DNA of 64,000 nucleotides, from IMG/VR virus record IMGVR_UViG_3300034127_000005, positions 34,293 through 98,292 of that record; one strand, 5' to 3'. The notes beneath the pieces are model-generated. The model saw nothing but the letters and a program-made list of their open reading frames with translations, did not search any database and was not told where the DNA came from. Shown piece after piece: positions 1-10,239 of this stretch. The DNA comes from a virus. Taxonomy: Duplodnaviria > Caudoviricetes. Each line of letters starts with the position of its first letter. Within the stretch, counting starts at the first letter, position 1. The position numbers were made by a program, and so were the translations under genes.

Positions 1-46
1 GCATTCATTCTTCAGGCTGCAATAGCCTACAACTTCAGGAGGCACG

Positions 47-1531
47 ATGGTAATCAAACCAAAAGAATATCCAGTATTCGATTTGAATCCAAACATCATC
101 GGACCTAAATCCCCAAAGCAATATGAGTTCATGCACACTGATGCAAACATCACCGTCTTTGGTGGTGCTGCTGGTGCTGGTAAATCTTATCTTGGTGTAA
201 TGGACTTCCTGAAGCACGTAAAACTTCCAAACTTCCGTGGTGTAATGGTTCGCCGTTCTACTCCACAGTTGAAAGGTCCGGGTGGCCTTCTTGAGAAAGC
301 TCAAGCCTTGTTTGAACTTGTTGACCCTAAAGTACGTTGGCGTGACAAGCAGGACCACTTCCTGTTTAGTTCTGGTGCCAAAGTATTCTTGCGTCACTTC
401 CAAGACCTCAAAGCAAAGGACGACTTCCAAGGTTGGGAAGTAAACAAATTCCTTATCGACGAAGGACAACAGTTCGAAGAAGCGATGGTCATTTACTTGA
501 TGTCGCGTATGCGTAACCCTAGTTGCCCTGAAGTTGCACCTCACATGAAGATCACATGTAACCCTGACTATGATAGCTTCTTGCGTCATTGGTTGGATTG
601 GTGGCTTGATCCTGACACTGGAATCCCTATTCCAGAGCGTGATGGTGTCACTCGTTGGTTTGTTCGTCTTGATGATAAGATGTGTTGGGCAAGTAGTTGG
701 CGTGAAGCTATCGACTTGTACGGTAATCCAAATCTATCAGACGACCACAAGAAACAAGTTAAGCCACTGAGCTTCAAGTTCATTTCGGCAAACGTATATG
801 ATAACCCAATCCTTTGTGAAATCGATCCGAACTATGTAGCTATGCTAGAAGGTTTGGGACGTGTTGAAAAGGCTCGACTGCTTCACGGTAGTTGGCTGGC
901 CCGAGCTGAAGGCTCTGGTTACTTCAAAGAAGAATGGGTAAACATGGTTCCACATCCTGCACTGAAAGCTGTTAAGCGTGTTCGTGCATGGGATATCTCA
1001 GGAACTATGCCTTCCGATACAAATCCTAATCCTGACTGGACTGCTGGAGTTCTCATGAGTAAGACTCGTGAAGGACGTTATACAGTAGAAGACGTAGTTA
1101 GGGATAGACGCCGCCACGGTGGTGTTCTTGATATGATTCTAGAAACTGCAAGACAAGATGGAGATGATGTAACAATCATTATCCCTTGTGACCCAGGTGC
1201 TGCTGGTAAAGCTTATGCTGCTAGTCTGATCCGTGACATTGCAGATGCTGGATATTATGCCAAGATGAAAGCAACTAACAAATCCAAAGTTACACGATTC
1301 GCACCGTTTGCTGCTGTTGCAGAAGCTGGTGGTATTGATGTTGTAACTGCTGAATGGAACGCAGACTACTTTATGGAGCTTACAAGGTTTGATGGTAGTC
1401 GGAATATTAAAGACGACATGGTTGACGGAACGTCTGACTCATTCCACGCACTCTCCACAGATATTCATATCCCTGACTTCATCGTTCCAGAAATGGTTCA
1501 AGTGAATCCTTTCAGGGTCTACAATACATAA
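47..1531 (+). CDS. terL: Terminase large subunit
   Basis: Walker A GGAAGAGKS, Walker B FLIDEGQQ, coupling motif ITCNPD, nuclease acidic motifs AWDIS and DDMVD; SD aggagg upstream. Confidence 0.95.
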   Translation: MVIKPKEYPVFDLNPNIIGPKSPKQYEFMHTDANITVFGGAAGAGKSYLGVMDFLKHVKLPNFRGVMVRRSTPQLKGPGGLLEKAQALFELVDPKVRWRDKQDHFLFSSGAKVFLRHFQDLKAKDDFQGWEVNKFLIDEGQQFEEAMVIYLMSRMRNPSCPEVAPHMKITCNPDYDSFLRHWLDWWLDPDTGIPIPERDGVTRWFVRLDDKMCWASSWREAIDLYGNPNLSDDHKKQVKPLSFKFISANVYDNPILCEIDPNYVAMLEGLGRVEKARLLHGSWLARAEGSGYFKEEWVNMVPHPALKAVKRVRAWDISGTMPSDTNPNPDWTAGVLMSKTREGRYTVEDVVRDRRRHGGVLDMILETARQDGDDVTIIIPCDPGAAGKAYAASLIRDIADAGYYAKMKATNKSKVTRFAPFAAVAEAGGIDVVTAEWNADYFMELTRFDGSRNIKDDMVDGTSDSFHALSTDIHIPDFIVPEMVQVNPFRVYNT

Positions 1532-1540
1532 GGCGAGGTT

Positions 1541-2992
1541 ATGACTGAACTAATTGAAAAAGCAGAAACTCCTTTGCCTCGTTTGCGTCTTGGTGAAATG
1601 GGTACAACTGGCCTTAAGATGGCTGGTGGTCGCATTAACGAAGAAGCTCGCAGAGAACTACGGTTCCCTGAAGCTTGCAAGACTTTCCGAACGATGGCTT
1701 CGGATGTAACAATCGCTGCTGCTCTCTCTCTGTTCAAGATGATGATCAGCCGCGTTGAATGGGATGTTGACTTGGGTGCTGAACCAGATGCTGCCATGAA
1801 AGCTCGTGGACAGTTTCTGACAGAATGTCTTGATGACATGGAGCACACATGGCGATCCTTCATTCAAGAATCTACATCTGCACTGACATACGGCTTCTCT
1901 GTTCATGAGAAAGTCTACCGCCGTCGTGATCCATCGACAGGCTCTAAATACAGTGATGGTAAGATTGGCATCAAGAAGCTCCCTATTCGCTCACAGGACA
2001 CGATCTACAAGTGGCTGTACAGTGAGGACGGTCGTAACCTTCTAGGCGTCCAGCAAAGCCTCACGATGATTCAAGGGGCAGAACGCTACCTGAATCTGAA
2101 TGCACTAACAAGCACAGGCATGATTGACATTCCTCGTAAGAAGTTCCTGCTGGTCCGTGTGGACGCTGAACGTGACAACCCGGAAGGCAACTCACCACTT
2201 CGTGCTGCATATTACGCTTGGAAGTATCGCTGCCTGATTGAAGAGCAAGAATCGATTGGTGTTAGCCGAGACATGGTTGGTATGCCAACTTTGTACTTGC
2301 CTCCACGTTATATGTCTGCGGATGCAAGTCCAGCAGAAGCCAAGATTTATCAATACTACCAGAACGTCATCCGAAACATTCAGATGAACGAACAAGCTGG
2401 TTTAATCCTGCCACAACAATTTGACCCTGAAAGCCGACAGCCATTGTTCAAGTTTGAACTGACTTCGACACAGGGTGCCAAGATGTACGATACAGACGCA
2501 ATCATCAAACGTTGGGATAACAAAATCCTAACTGCATTGTTTGCTGACGTACTGAAACTTGGACAAGATAGTGTTGGTAGTTTCTCCCTTGCTGGTGCAA
2601 AAACAAACATTATGGCAATGGCGATTGAAGCACGTCTTCAAGAAATCGCTGATGTTGTTAACAAAGACCTTATCCCGCAACTGTTCGCATTGAATGGTGA
2701 AGCCGCTGATGCCAAGCTACCTAAGCTTTGCTATGGTGATCTGGATGAAGTTGACCTTGATGAATTCTCCAAAGCAATCCAACGTATGGGTTCTGTTGGT
2801 GCTCTTGAACTTGACCGTCCTATGGCGAACAAGATTCGTAAAGCTCTTAAAGTTCCTGTCAAACCTGATGATGCTCCGATTGATAAAGAAGAGATTATGG
2901 GTGGTGAGTCTCAAGCTGGTCTAGCCGGTGTTGGGAATGGTGCTTCGAAGAAAGTCTCAGGTAAAGACAACGCTGCTGCCAACAACGCATAA
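1541..2992 (+). CDS. Portal protein
   Basis: 483 aa directly after terminase; YGFSVHEK, NPEGNSPLRAAY and GSFSLA motifs typical of Mu gp29-like portals. Confidence 0.9.
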   Translation: MTELIEKAETPLPRLRLGEMGTTGLKMAGGRINEEARRELRFPEACKTFRTMASDVTIAAALSLFKMMISRVEWDVDLGAEPDAAMKARGQFLTECLDDMEHTWRSFIQESTSALTYGFSVHEKVYRRRDPSTGSKYSDGKIGIKKLPIRSQDTIYKWLYSEDGRNLLGVQQSLTMIQGAERYLNLNALTSTGMIDIPRKKFLLVRVDAERDNPEGNSPLRAAYYAWKYRCLIEEQESIGVSRDMVGMPTLYLPPRYMSADASPAEAKIYQYYQNVIRNIQMNEQAGLILPQQFDPESRQPLFKFELTSTQGAKMYDTDAIIKRWDNKILTALFADVLKLGQDSVGSFSLAGAKTNIMAMAIEARLQEIADVVNKDLIPQLFALNGEAADAKLPKLCYGDLDEVDLDEFSKAIQRMGSVGALELDRPMANKIRKALKVPVKPDDAPIDKEEIMGGESQAGLAGVGNGASKKVSGKDNAAANNA

Positions 2993-3001
2993 GGAACTAA
3001 C

Positions 3002-3457
3002 ATGGCTACATTAATCGAAGACATTCAAAATGTTATCATGAAACACTTCGGAGGAACTAATGTTCCGGCTGTTGTGAATCTTGAAGTTACTAAAGCTCTG
3101 GATGAAGAAGACCGCAAGGCTCTATTCGTCGTTCTCGCTCCTGACGTTGTTGACCTTCACGGTGATACATATACAGCAGTTGAAGTTGAGAAAGCTTGTG
3201 ACAACTACAACGCACATTGTAACGTGGCTTACCTCTTCCACCAAGTAGAGACTGAAGAAGCAACAGCCATTCAGTCCTTTATTTCCCCGGCTGATTTCAC
3301 ACTGGACAACGGTGTACAGATCACTAAAGGGACATGGCTACAGTGGTGGCACTTCCCTGAAACGGAAGTTGGTGAAGCCCTCTGGCAAGGTGTTAAATCT
3401 GGCGACATTAACGGTGTCTCTATTGGTGCTATGGCGAATGTCGAGGAACTAGAATGA
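3002..3457 (+). CDS. Putative prohead protease (XkdF-like)
   Basis: VLAPDVVDLHGD and SGDINGVSIG motifs; position after portal. Confidence 0.7.
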   Translation: MATLIEDIQNVIMKHFGGTNVPAVVNLEVTKALDEEDRKALFVVLAPDVVDLHGDTYTAVEVEKACDNYNAHCNVAYLFHQVETEEATAIQSFISPADFTLDNGVQITKGTWLQWWHFPETEVGEALWQGVKSGDINGVSIGAMANVEELE

Positions 3458-4368
3458 CTATTGCAAAACGTCGCTTGACTGATATCAAGTTTGAACACGA
3501 TGGGGCACACGTTGCCCTTGTCGGTAAACATCAAGGTGGTCCCGCTAACGGAATCACCACACTGATTACCAAAGCAACAAATAACATTACACAAGAACAA
3601 ATCGAGAAAGCCTCGACTGTTAATGTGACAATGCAATTCCCTGAGTTCCTTCGTAAGTTCTTCGGAATGTACTGGGACGATGCAGAAGTCCTTTCTGCTG
3701 TTATGGGTTATGGCCGTACAGAGTATCCTGATTCTACGGAGAAGGATTACATTGATTCTCGTGTTGAGTCCATCAACATTATGAAGTCTGTGTACCGTGC
3801 CCAAGACGTGGAGAAGGCTCTCGCAGCTCTAACTCCAGAACAACATCTGGCCCTTATGGCTGACCAAGAAATGCTGGAGAAAGCATTTGCTGATCTTCCA
3901 GAACAACCAATCAAACAAGAGGAAACTCAAATGGAAACAATTTTGAAGGCTGCTCACGAAGAAGCCGTTATCGCTGCTGTAGCAATTGAAAAAGCTGCAA
4001 GTGCTGCTGCTGTTGCTGAAATCCAAAAAGCTCTAGTTGCTCAAGAAGAAGTTCTGAAAGCCGCTCAAGCTGAAGTAGTCGCATTCAAAGCTGCTGAAGT
4101 AGCTCGCGTGCAAGAAGTTCGTAAATCTGCATTGGCTGCTGTTCTGCCAAGCGAACAAGTTGAAAGTGTCCTGAAGGCTCTTGAAGCTGTTGCAGACGAA
4201 GCATTCCAAGCCGTAGTTGCTGGCTACGCTGTACAGAAGGCTGCTGTTGATAACTCTGACCTGATGGTTGAGACTGGTATCAATGGAGCTGGTGAAGCCG
4301 ATCCTGTGGAACGTGACTTGACCGCTGAAATCCTGAAAGCTAAGTACGCCCCTAAAGCTGCTAAGTAA
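3454..4368 (+). CDS. Head scaffolding/maturation protein
   Basis: HVALV..GGPAN N-terminus; Ala/Glu-rich helical C-terminal half; lies upstream of capsid genes. Confidence 0.65.
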   Translation: MTIAKRRLTDIKFEHDGAHVALVGKHQGGPANGITTLITKATNNITQEQIEKASTVNVTMQFPEFLRKFFGMYWDDAEVLSAVMGYGRTEYPDSTEKDYIDSRVESINIMKSVYRAQDVEKALAALTPEQHLALMADQEMLEKAFADLPEQPIKQEETQMETILKAAHEEAVIAAVAIEKAASAAAVAEIQKALVAQEEVLKAAQAEVVAFKAAEVARVQEVRKSALAAVLPSEQVESVLKALEAVADEAFQAVVAGYAVQKAAVDNSDLMVETGINGAGEADPVERDLTAEILKAKYAPKAAK

Positions 4369-4400
4369 TCTAACCCCAATTCTTATTAGGAGAAACACAA

Positions 4401-4784
4401 ATGGCAACTTACGCCTCTGATGTACAACGTCTAAGCAACTGGCTGAAATATGAAGAAGAAGCTGGTTCGGGCACAACTCGCGAAGTTCTCGCTAAGTCTG
4501 CAACTAACGCCACATTGACTGGTTCTGTCCTCGACAGCACAGGCCAATTGGTTGTTGCTGCTACCCTAGCTGACGCAACTTACATTCTGATTGACGACTT
4601 GACTCGCCCTGCTGCTGCTGAATACACGAAAGTGTTGGTTCTGGCTCGTGGTAAAGCCAAGGTTGGTAAACGTGCTCTGATCTTCGGTAGCGACGTTACA
4701 ACAGATTTGCAGAAGGCTACAGCTTTCACCAAGCTGGCTACTCTACAAATCTTCGCTGTCGATCAAATCGACGTTTCCATCTAA
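4401..4784 (+). CDS. Head decoration protein
   Basis: 127 aa immediately before the major capsid gene; strong SD. Confidence 0.65.
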   Translation: MATYASDVQRLSNWLKYEEEAGSGTTREVLAKSATNATLTGSVLDSTGQLVVAATLADATYILIDDLTRPAAAEYTKVLVLARGKAKVGKRALIFGSDVTTDLQKATAFTKLATLQIFAVDQIDVSI

Positions 4785-4804
4785 TCCCACTTAGGAGAAC
4801 ACTA

Positions 4805-5857
4805 ATGTCTCAAGTACAAATCGCCAAGGCTGCTGTTCGTAGCTTTGCTGGCAACAACTACGAGTACACCGATCTTACTCAAAACCTGTTGATCATCCCT
4901 AACGTATGGTCGCTGGCTGAACAAATCGGTCTGTTCGGGAAAGAAACCACTAACCAAGAAACAATCACTCTAGAAGAAATCACAACTGGTTTCGGAGTTG
5001 TTGCTGACCAACACCGTGGCGCTCGACACACTGTAAGCATGGACCACACACGCCGCATGCACGCATTTGCGTTGCCTCACTTCACCCTTGACGACGCTAT
5101 CACCCCGCGTGATATCCAAGGTAAGCGTGCATTCGGTGTTGACGCACTGGAAACTGTAGCTGCTGTACGTGCTCGCAAATTGGAAACAATTCGTCAGAGC
5201 TGGGCTGCTACAATGGAAAAAGCTCACTGGCACACTATCGTAACTGGTACTGCCTACGCTCCAAACGCAACTGTTGCATACGACTGGTACACTCAGTTCG
5301 GTGCAGTACGTAAAGTGGTTGACTTCCAACTGAACACAAGCACTACTGACCTGATCCAAAAGACAGAAGAAGTATTTGCTCACATCCAAGACAACGCTCT
5401 GGATGGTTCTGTTCGTGGTGAAATCTTCGCTGTTGCTTCTCCTGAGTTCTTCAACAAACTCATCGGGCACCCAACAATGAAGGCTCTGTGGCTGGCTTAC
5501 CAACAGTCTCCACAAATCCTGCGTGATCGCCTGTCCGCTCGCGGATACGACGCTCGCTACCGCGAATTCACAATCGGTAACATCACCTACGTGGAATACC
5601 GTGGTGTTGGTCCAGATGGTGTTCGTTACATCCCAGCAGGTGACGCTTACTTCATGCCTTCGGACATGGGTGATAACTTCACTACCTACTTCGGTCCAGC
5701 GGATCACTTCGACTTTGTTAACACTCAAGGTCAAGAAATGTACGCGTTTGAATACGGCGACAACCGTGGTCAGATGATCGAAATCCAAACCGAATCCAAC
5801 TTCATCGACGTTCTGCGTCGTCCACAGTTGATCGTTCGCGGTACTGTAGGTGCCTAA
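4805..5857 (+). CDS. Major capsid protein
   Basis: 350 aa, lambda gpE-like motifs (YFGPAD, IQTESNF..RPQL), strongly biased codons, followed by a terminator. Confidence 0.9.
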   Translation: MSQVQIAKAAVRSFAGNNYEYTDLTQNLLIIPNVWSLAEQIGLFGKETTNQETITLEEITTGFGVVADQHRGARHTVSMDHTRRMHAFALPHFTLDDAITPRDIQGKRAFGVDALETVAAVRARKLETIRQSWAATMEKAHWHTIVTGTAYAPNATVAYDWYTQFGAVRKVVDFQLNTSTTDLIQKTEEVFAHIQDNALDGSVRGEIFAVASPEFFNKLIGHPTMKALWLAYQQSPQILRDRLSARGYDARYREFTIGNITYVEYRGVGPDGVRYIPAGDAYFMPSDMGDNFTTYFGPADHFDFVNTQGQEMYAFEYGDNRGQMIEIQTESNFIDVLRRPQLIVRGTVGA

Positions 5858-5863
5858 TTGACT

Positions 5864-5897
5864 GGGGGCCACGAAAGTGGCTCCCTTTCTTTGTTTT
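5864..5897 (+). terminator. Intrinsic terminator after capsid gene
   Basis: GGGGGCCAC-GAAA-GTGGCTCCC then T-rich tract. Confidence 0.85.
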
Positions 5898-5911
5898 ATC
5901 TGGAGGTAATT

Positions 5912-6403
5912 ATGCCATACACAGGAAGTCCATCTACTAACGCAATCGATAGAATCCGCCTAGCAGTTGGTGACATCTGGGATGACATTGAAATGCTTAC
6001 AGATGCTGACTATCAATACTTCATTGATCGTAATGATGGTAATGAGAACAGAGCTACAATGGATGCCATCAAGGCTATCCTTTTCAAACTAGCACGTATG
6101 ACTCGTGAACGCACAGGCGACATTGAAGTTTACGGTAGTGAGTGGTTTTCCAATTACTACAAGATGCTACTACTTCTTCTGAAAGACCCCAATGCTTCGA
6201 TCAGCCTCGCTGTTCCTTATGCTGGTGGTATTTCCAAAACGGACATGTTCCTTAACGACGCAAACTGTGACAACGTTGTCCGAGAGATTAATCTTGGATA
6301 CTCGCAGTCTCGCCGTTTGTATGATTCTACATATCCAAGCAGTGGCCCTCATAACGGTGGCGACTTCTACGTAGGAAATCATATCTATGGGCTTTTCCCT
6401 TAA
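5912..6403 (+). CDS. Head-tail adaptor/connector
   Basis: Start moved to ATG 5912 (SD ggagg); IDRIRLAVGD..LTDADY and PYAGGIS motifs; synteny. Confidence 0.65.
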   Translation: MPYTGSPSTNAIDRIRLAVGDIWDDIEMLTDADYQYFIDRNDGNENRATMDAIKAILFKLARMTRERTGDIEVYGSEWFSNYYKMLLLLLKDPNASISLAVPYAGGISKTDMFLNDANCDNVVREINLGYSQSRRLYDSTYPSSGPHNGGDFYVGNHIYGLFP

Positions 6404-6860
6404 AGTTGAGACAAAGAGATTAGACTCTTTGATCCGACGCACAAAAGAAATCGACAACACTGAAATTGAAGTAGGCTTCTGGGACGATAGATACGGTCCT
6501 GAGAATGATAATCTCCCTGTAGCACAGGTAGCTGCTTACAACAACTTCGGAACATCTTTCAACCCCACAAGGCCGTTCATGGACGATACGTTCGAGGACA
6601 TGATGTACCAAACGTACATGGCCCGTGAGGTTAAACATATCTTCACTTCCGTGCTAACCAATGGACGATCCACACAAAGACTCTTGAGAGGACTTGGTAA
6701 GAGGATCAAAGAATTGATGCAGCTCACTATTCTCGAATACGCTGCGGATGGCGGTAACAGCCAGAAAACCATTGAGAAGAAAGGAAGAGATAGTCCACTT
6801 ATTGATACTGGCAAGATGCTCGAATCTGTCAGATTCATTATCCGTAAAGGAGAAATGTGA
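6387..6860 (+). CDS. Neck/virion morphogenesis protein
   Basis: NNFGT..PTRPFM and PLIDTGKML motifs; synteny. Confidence 0.6.
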   Translation: MGFSLKVETKRLDSLIRRTKEIDNTEIEVGFWDDRYGPENDNLPVAQVAAYNNFGTSFNPTRPFMDDTFEDMMYQTYMAREVKHIFTSVLTNGRSTQRLLRGLGKRIKELMQLTILEYAADGGNSQKTIEKKGRDSPLIDTGKMLESVRFIIRKGEM

Positions 6861-7234
6861 TGCTTTATCCACCACTCCTAGCGACTGGTCAAGTTACCCT
6901 CGACGTTACACGTCGGGAGGCTCCTACTATCGACAGAGGCCGTCCGGTTCCCGGTGCTGAGTCTGTTGTTCCTGTTGTATGCAACGTACAACCAGTGTTG
7001 AAATCTTCCGACACTATCATGCTACCTGAAGCTGATCGATCTAAAGCCTGCCTTAAAGTTTATACCAAGGGCAGTGAAATGAAAGCTTTGAAAGAAGCTG
7101 GACCGGGATGGGCAGCGGATAGATTTACATGGCAAGGGGATCTATATGAAGTCATGAGGGTCATTAACTATGCAATGGGCGTGTTGAACCACTACAAAGC
7201 AATCTGCATGCGAGTGGAGTTGACAAGACCATGA
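6860..7234 (+). CDS. Head closure protein
   Basis: Size and synteny; ADRFTWQGDLYEV motif. Confidence 0.55.
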   Translation: MLYPPLLATGQVTLDVTRREAPTIDRGRPVPGAESVVPVVCNVQPVLKSSDTIMLPEADRSKACLKVYTKGSEMKALKEAGPGWAADRFTWQGDLYEVMRVINYAMGVLNHYKAICMRVELTRP

Positions 7235-7806
7235 ACATTTATAAAGACCTTGAAGACAGCCTCTACAATGTAATCATCGAGCTGTTCCCTACAAGCAGAA
7301 TCATCTTCGCTTACAACAACATTCCAGAGCCTCAGACTCCGTATATCGTGATTGATGTTAAGCGGCTTGACCAGCTTGGGAGTGAATACAGTTCCACCTT
7401 CGTGGACATAGCCTCTGACGATGCACAGACGCCTACAACCTACATGAGCATCGATATGATGGCTAAGGTTAGGTTCGAGGTTGTAGGGCTCATGGACAAC
7501 GACACAGCGGCTGCTGAGCTTGCTCAGAACATCCAACTTGCACTACGAACTGCCCGTGGGTATGAGAGTCAAGCAAGAAACAATCTGGCCCGTCACGGAC
7601 AGATCACAAATCGCCGTATGCCTTATCGTAAGGACACGGACATGTACATGCTCTACCAAGTGGATGCAAACTTCGCATACACAGCAACTTCTCAAGATGG
7701 ACAAGATTACATCCTCACAACAGACTTCAATGGCGTCTACCACGATGCTAACCGTCCTCCTGATTATGTCCTTGAGTCTCATGTTGAAATTAACCCAAAT
7801 CCATAA
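7231..7806 (+). CDS. Tail terminator/completion protein
   Basis: Directly upstream of sheath; PQTPYIVI motif. Confidence 0.55.
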   Translation: MNIYKDLEDSLYNVIIELFPTSRIIFAYNNIPEPQTPYIVIDVKRLDQLGSEYSSTFVDIASDDAQTPTTYMSIDMMAKVRFEVVGLMDNDTAAAELAQNIQLALRTARGYESQARNNLARHGQITNRRMPYRKDTDMYMLYQVDANFAYTATSQDGQDYILTTDFNGVYHDANRPPDYVLESHVEINPNP

Positions 7807-7817
7807 GAGGAACTGAA

Positions 7818-9104
7818 ATGACACGTCTAACCGACATCATCGAAATTCAGATCAGCCGTGAAACATCTGCGGTTGCTCAAACGAACTTCAACGTACCAGC
7901 CTTTATCTCTGCCCACACAAACTTCACCGAGCGTGCTCGTGTATATAGTTCGCTGTTGGCAGTATCTGATGACTTCGCAAGCACAGACACTGCATACATT
8001 GCAGCTTCTAAGTTCTTCGGTCAGGCGATTAAGCCAGCAAACATCGTAATCGGTCGTCGTCAGATTCCCGGTGCAACTGTTAACGTTTTGACGGTAGCAG
8101 TAAGTACACCTTACACACTGACAGTAAATGGTGTGACAGTTACTTACGTATCTCAAGCATTGGACACAGCAATCCTAATTGCTGCTGGACTCAAGACAGC
8201 CTACGAAGTTACTCCAATTCCCGGCGTTGTTCTCGTGGACAACCTTGATGGTACTTTGACATTTACATCTACTGTAGATTGGTCTTTGAAAGTATCTGCC
8301 AACCTGAACAAAGCTAACGCTCCAGCAACTGAAACTTGGTCTACCTCGGTATCCGAAGTTCAGGACGAAAACGACACTTGGTATGCTCTGACTATCGAAT
8401 CCCACAACGAACTGGATGTATTGGAAGTTGCTGGTGTAATCGAAGCCAAGAAGAAAATCTTCGGTACTTCTTCTGCTACTGCTGCAATCAAGACAACTGG
8501 GGATACTGACGTATTCGCTAAGTTGCAAGCACTTGGATACCAACGTACCTTCGGTCTGTTCTCTGCGACTGCTGATACAGAATTCCCAGAATGTGCTTGG
8601 ATTGGATACCAGCTACAAGAACAACCGGGTTCCAACACATGGGCTTACAAAGCTCTCTCTGGTGTTACAGTTTCTAAACTGTCGGACACTGAAGCTACTA
8701 ACATCAAAGCCAAGGCAGGAAACACCTACGAATCTGTAGGCGGGCAATCCGTTACTGTCGGTGGTAAGATGTTCGGTGGAGAATGGATCGACGTAATGGT
8801 CTTCGTAGACTGGCTGGAAGCACGTATGACAGAACGTCTGTGGTTCCGTATGGCGAACAGCAAGAAAATCCCTTACACCGCTGCGGGTGCAACTATCATC
8901 GAATCCGAAATCAGAGCCCAGCTCAATGACGGTATTCGTGTTGGTGGTTTGTCTGATAGCCCAAGCCCAGTAGTTCGAGTTCCAGACGTACTGTCTATTG
9001 CTCCTAACCTGCGTGCTCAACGTATCTTCGAAGGAATTGAATTCGAAGCTCGCCTAGCCGGTGCTATTCACTTCGTTAAAATCCGTGGAACTGTTACCGT
9101 TTAA
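7818..9104 (+). CDS. Tail sheath protein (DUF3383-like)
   Basis: PGSNTWAYKALSGV, GEWIDVM..DWL, KIPYT and LAGAIH motifs. Confidence 0.9.
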   Translation: MTRLTDIIEIQISRETSAVAQTNFNVPAFISAHTNFTERARVYSSLLAVSDDFASTDTAYIAASKFFGQAIKPANIVIGRRQIPGATVNVLTVAVSTPYTLTVNGVTVTYVSQALDTAILIAAGLKTAYEVTPIPGVVLVDNLDGTLTFTSTVDWSLKVSANLNKANAPATETWSTSVSEVQDENDTWYALTIESHNELDVLEVAGVIEAKKKIFGTSSATAAIKTTGDTDVFAKLQALGYQRTFGLFSATADTEFPECAWIGYQLQEQPGSNTWAYKALSGVTVSKLSDTEATNIKAKAGNTYESVGGQSVTVGGKMFGGEWIDVMVFVDWLEARMTERLWFRMANSKKIPYTAAGATIIESEIRAQLNDGIRVGGLSDSPSPVVRVPDVLSIAPNLRAQRIFEGIEFEARLAGAIHFVKIRGTVTV

Positions 9105-9135
9105 TTACGGTGCAGTCCCCTACAAGGAGACTTAA

Positions 9136-9660
9136 ATGGCTACTCAACGCGCCTCTACATACGCACCGAACCAAGTAACCGTAGTTATCACACAAGATAG
9201 CAGCGGTATTGCTCACGTCGTATCCGGCTACTCTGAAGATAGCATCGTTTCTATCGAACGTTCTGCTGAAACCTTCACAATGTACACTGGTGCCGATAAC
9301 ACCATGACTCGTATCTACAACGCTAACACATCTGCTATGATCACACTGAGTCTGCAACAAACTTCTGCATCGAACGACATCCTGTCCTTGCTGTACCAAA
9401 ACGATGCAGCTAGTCTGACTTCGGACACAATGTTCTCGCTACAGATCAAAGACAACAGTGGTCGCTCGAATTACTTCAGTGATAACGCTTACGTTGGAGT
9501 TGTTCCTAACTCTGCGTTCAGCAACAGCATGAACACTCGTGATTGGGTTATCCATGCAGCAGACCTTCAAACCTACATTGGCGGTAACGCTAAAGTGGTC
9601 CCAGCAGATCAAGATACCATCCAGACACTTGGTGGAAATCTAGACGCTCGTTGGCTGTAA
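9136..9660 (+). CDS. Tail tube protein
   Basis: Follows sheath; TYAPNQVTV..SGYSED..LQQTSASN pattern; followed by a terminator. Confidence 0.8.
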   Translation: MATQRASTYAPNQVTVVITQDSSGIAHVVSGYSEDSIVSIERSAETFTMYTGADNTMTRIYNANTSAMITLSLQQTSASNDILSLLYQNDAASLTSDTMFSLQIKDNSGRSNYFSDNAYVGVVPNSAFSNSMNTRDWVIHAADLQTYIGGNAKVVPADQDTIQTLGGNLDARWL

Positions 9661-9671
9661 TCTACATCGAC

Positions 9672-9708
9672 GGGGCTTCCATCTAACGGTGGGAGCCCTT
9701 TTTCGTTT
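9672..9708 (+). terminator. Intrinsic terminator
   Basis: GGGGCTTCC..GGGAGCCCT then TTTTCGTTT. Confidence 0.75.
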
Positions 9709-9723
9709 CTATAGGAGAACAAT

Positions 9724-10227
9724 ATGGCTGTCGCACTCTATTCCCCGCAAGACGTATTCATTTCGCTAGCGGGCTTGCACACAATCTCTGGATACGCAGA
9801 CGGTACATTCGTTCGCATTACAAAGGACATGAAACCATTTTCCAAGGTGAGAGCAATGGATGGAGAAATGGCCCGTATGTATAACGAAGACGAAGGATTC
9901 AGAGTTGAAGTTACAATCGCTCAATCGTCTAGCAGTAACAACATTCTGTCGTCCATCTATAACGTGGACGCTGCAACACAGATGGGTAAATTCCCACTAC
10001 TAATCAAAGATACCAAGGGACAGACAAGCTTCTTTGCTTCTACTGCTTGGATCGAACAAATTCCTGAAGTCACTTTCTCCAATCAGCTTGAGACGCGTAC
10101 ATGGACATTCGGTTGTTCTGGTGCTGCGATCACGATTGGTGGTAATGGTGATACAAGCTTGCTCGAAGATGCACTCCTACTTGGGTCTGCGGGCTTGAGC
10201 GTTCTAAAACAATTCGGTGTCTTTTAA
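9724..10227 (+). CDS. Tail tube-like protein (paralog 2)
   Basis: YSPQDV..SGYADG..AQSSSSN..IKDTKG..RTW pattern parallels the tube protein. Confidence 0.65.
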   Translation: MAVALYSPQDVFISLAGLHTISGYADGTFVRITKDMKPFSKVRAMDGEMARMYNEDEGFRVEVTIAQSSSSNNILSSIYNVDAATQMGKFPLLIKDTKGQTSFFASTAWIEQIPEVTFSNQLETRTWTFGCSGAAITIGGNGDTSLLEDALLLGSAGLSVLKQFGVF

Positions 10228-10239
10228 GGAGGATAATAT

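Noticed and set aside
4970-5872. 300-aa minus-strand ORF, and similar ones at 35835-36809, 28139-28882, 49752-50405 and 52417-53094
   Set aside because: Antisense to strongly biased + strand genes, with unnatural composition
5858-5911. Upstream starts given by the ORF track (5858, 14750, 15712, 16352, 20423, 23998, 28214, 35300, 55521)
   Set aside because: They overlap terminators, promoters or upstream genes; downstream starts with an SD or translational coupling were used instead
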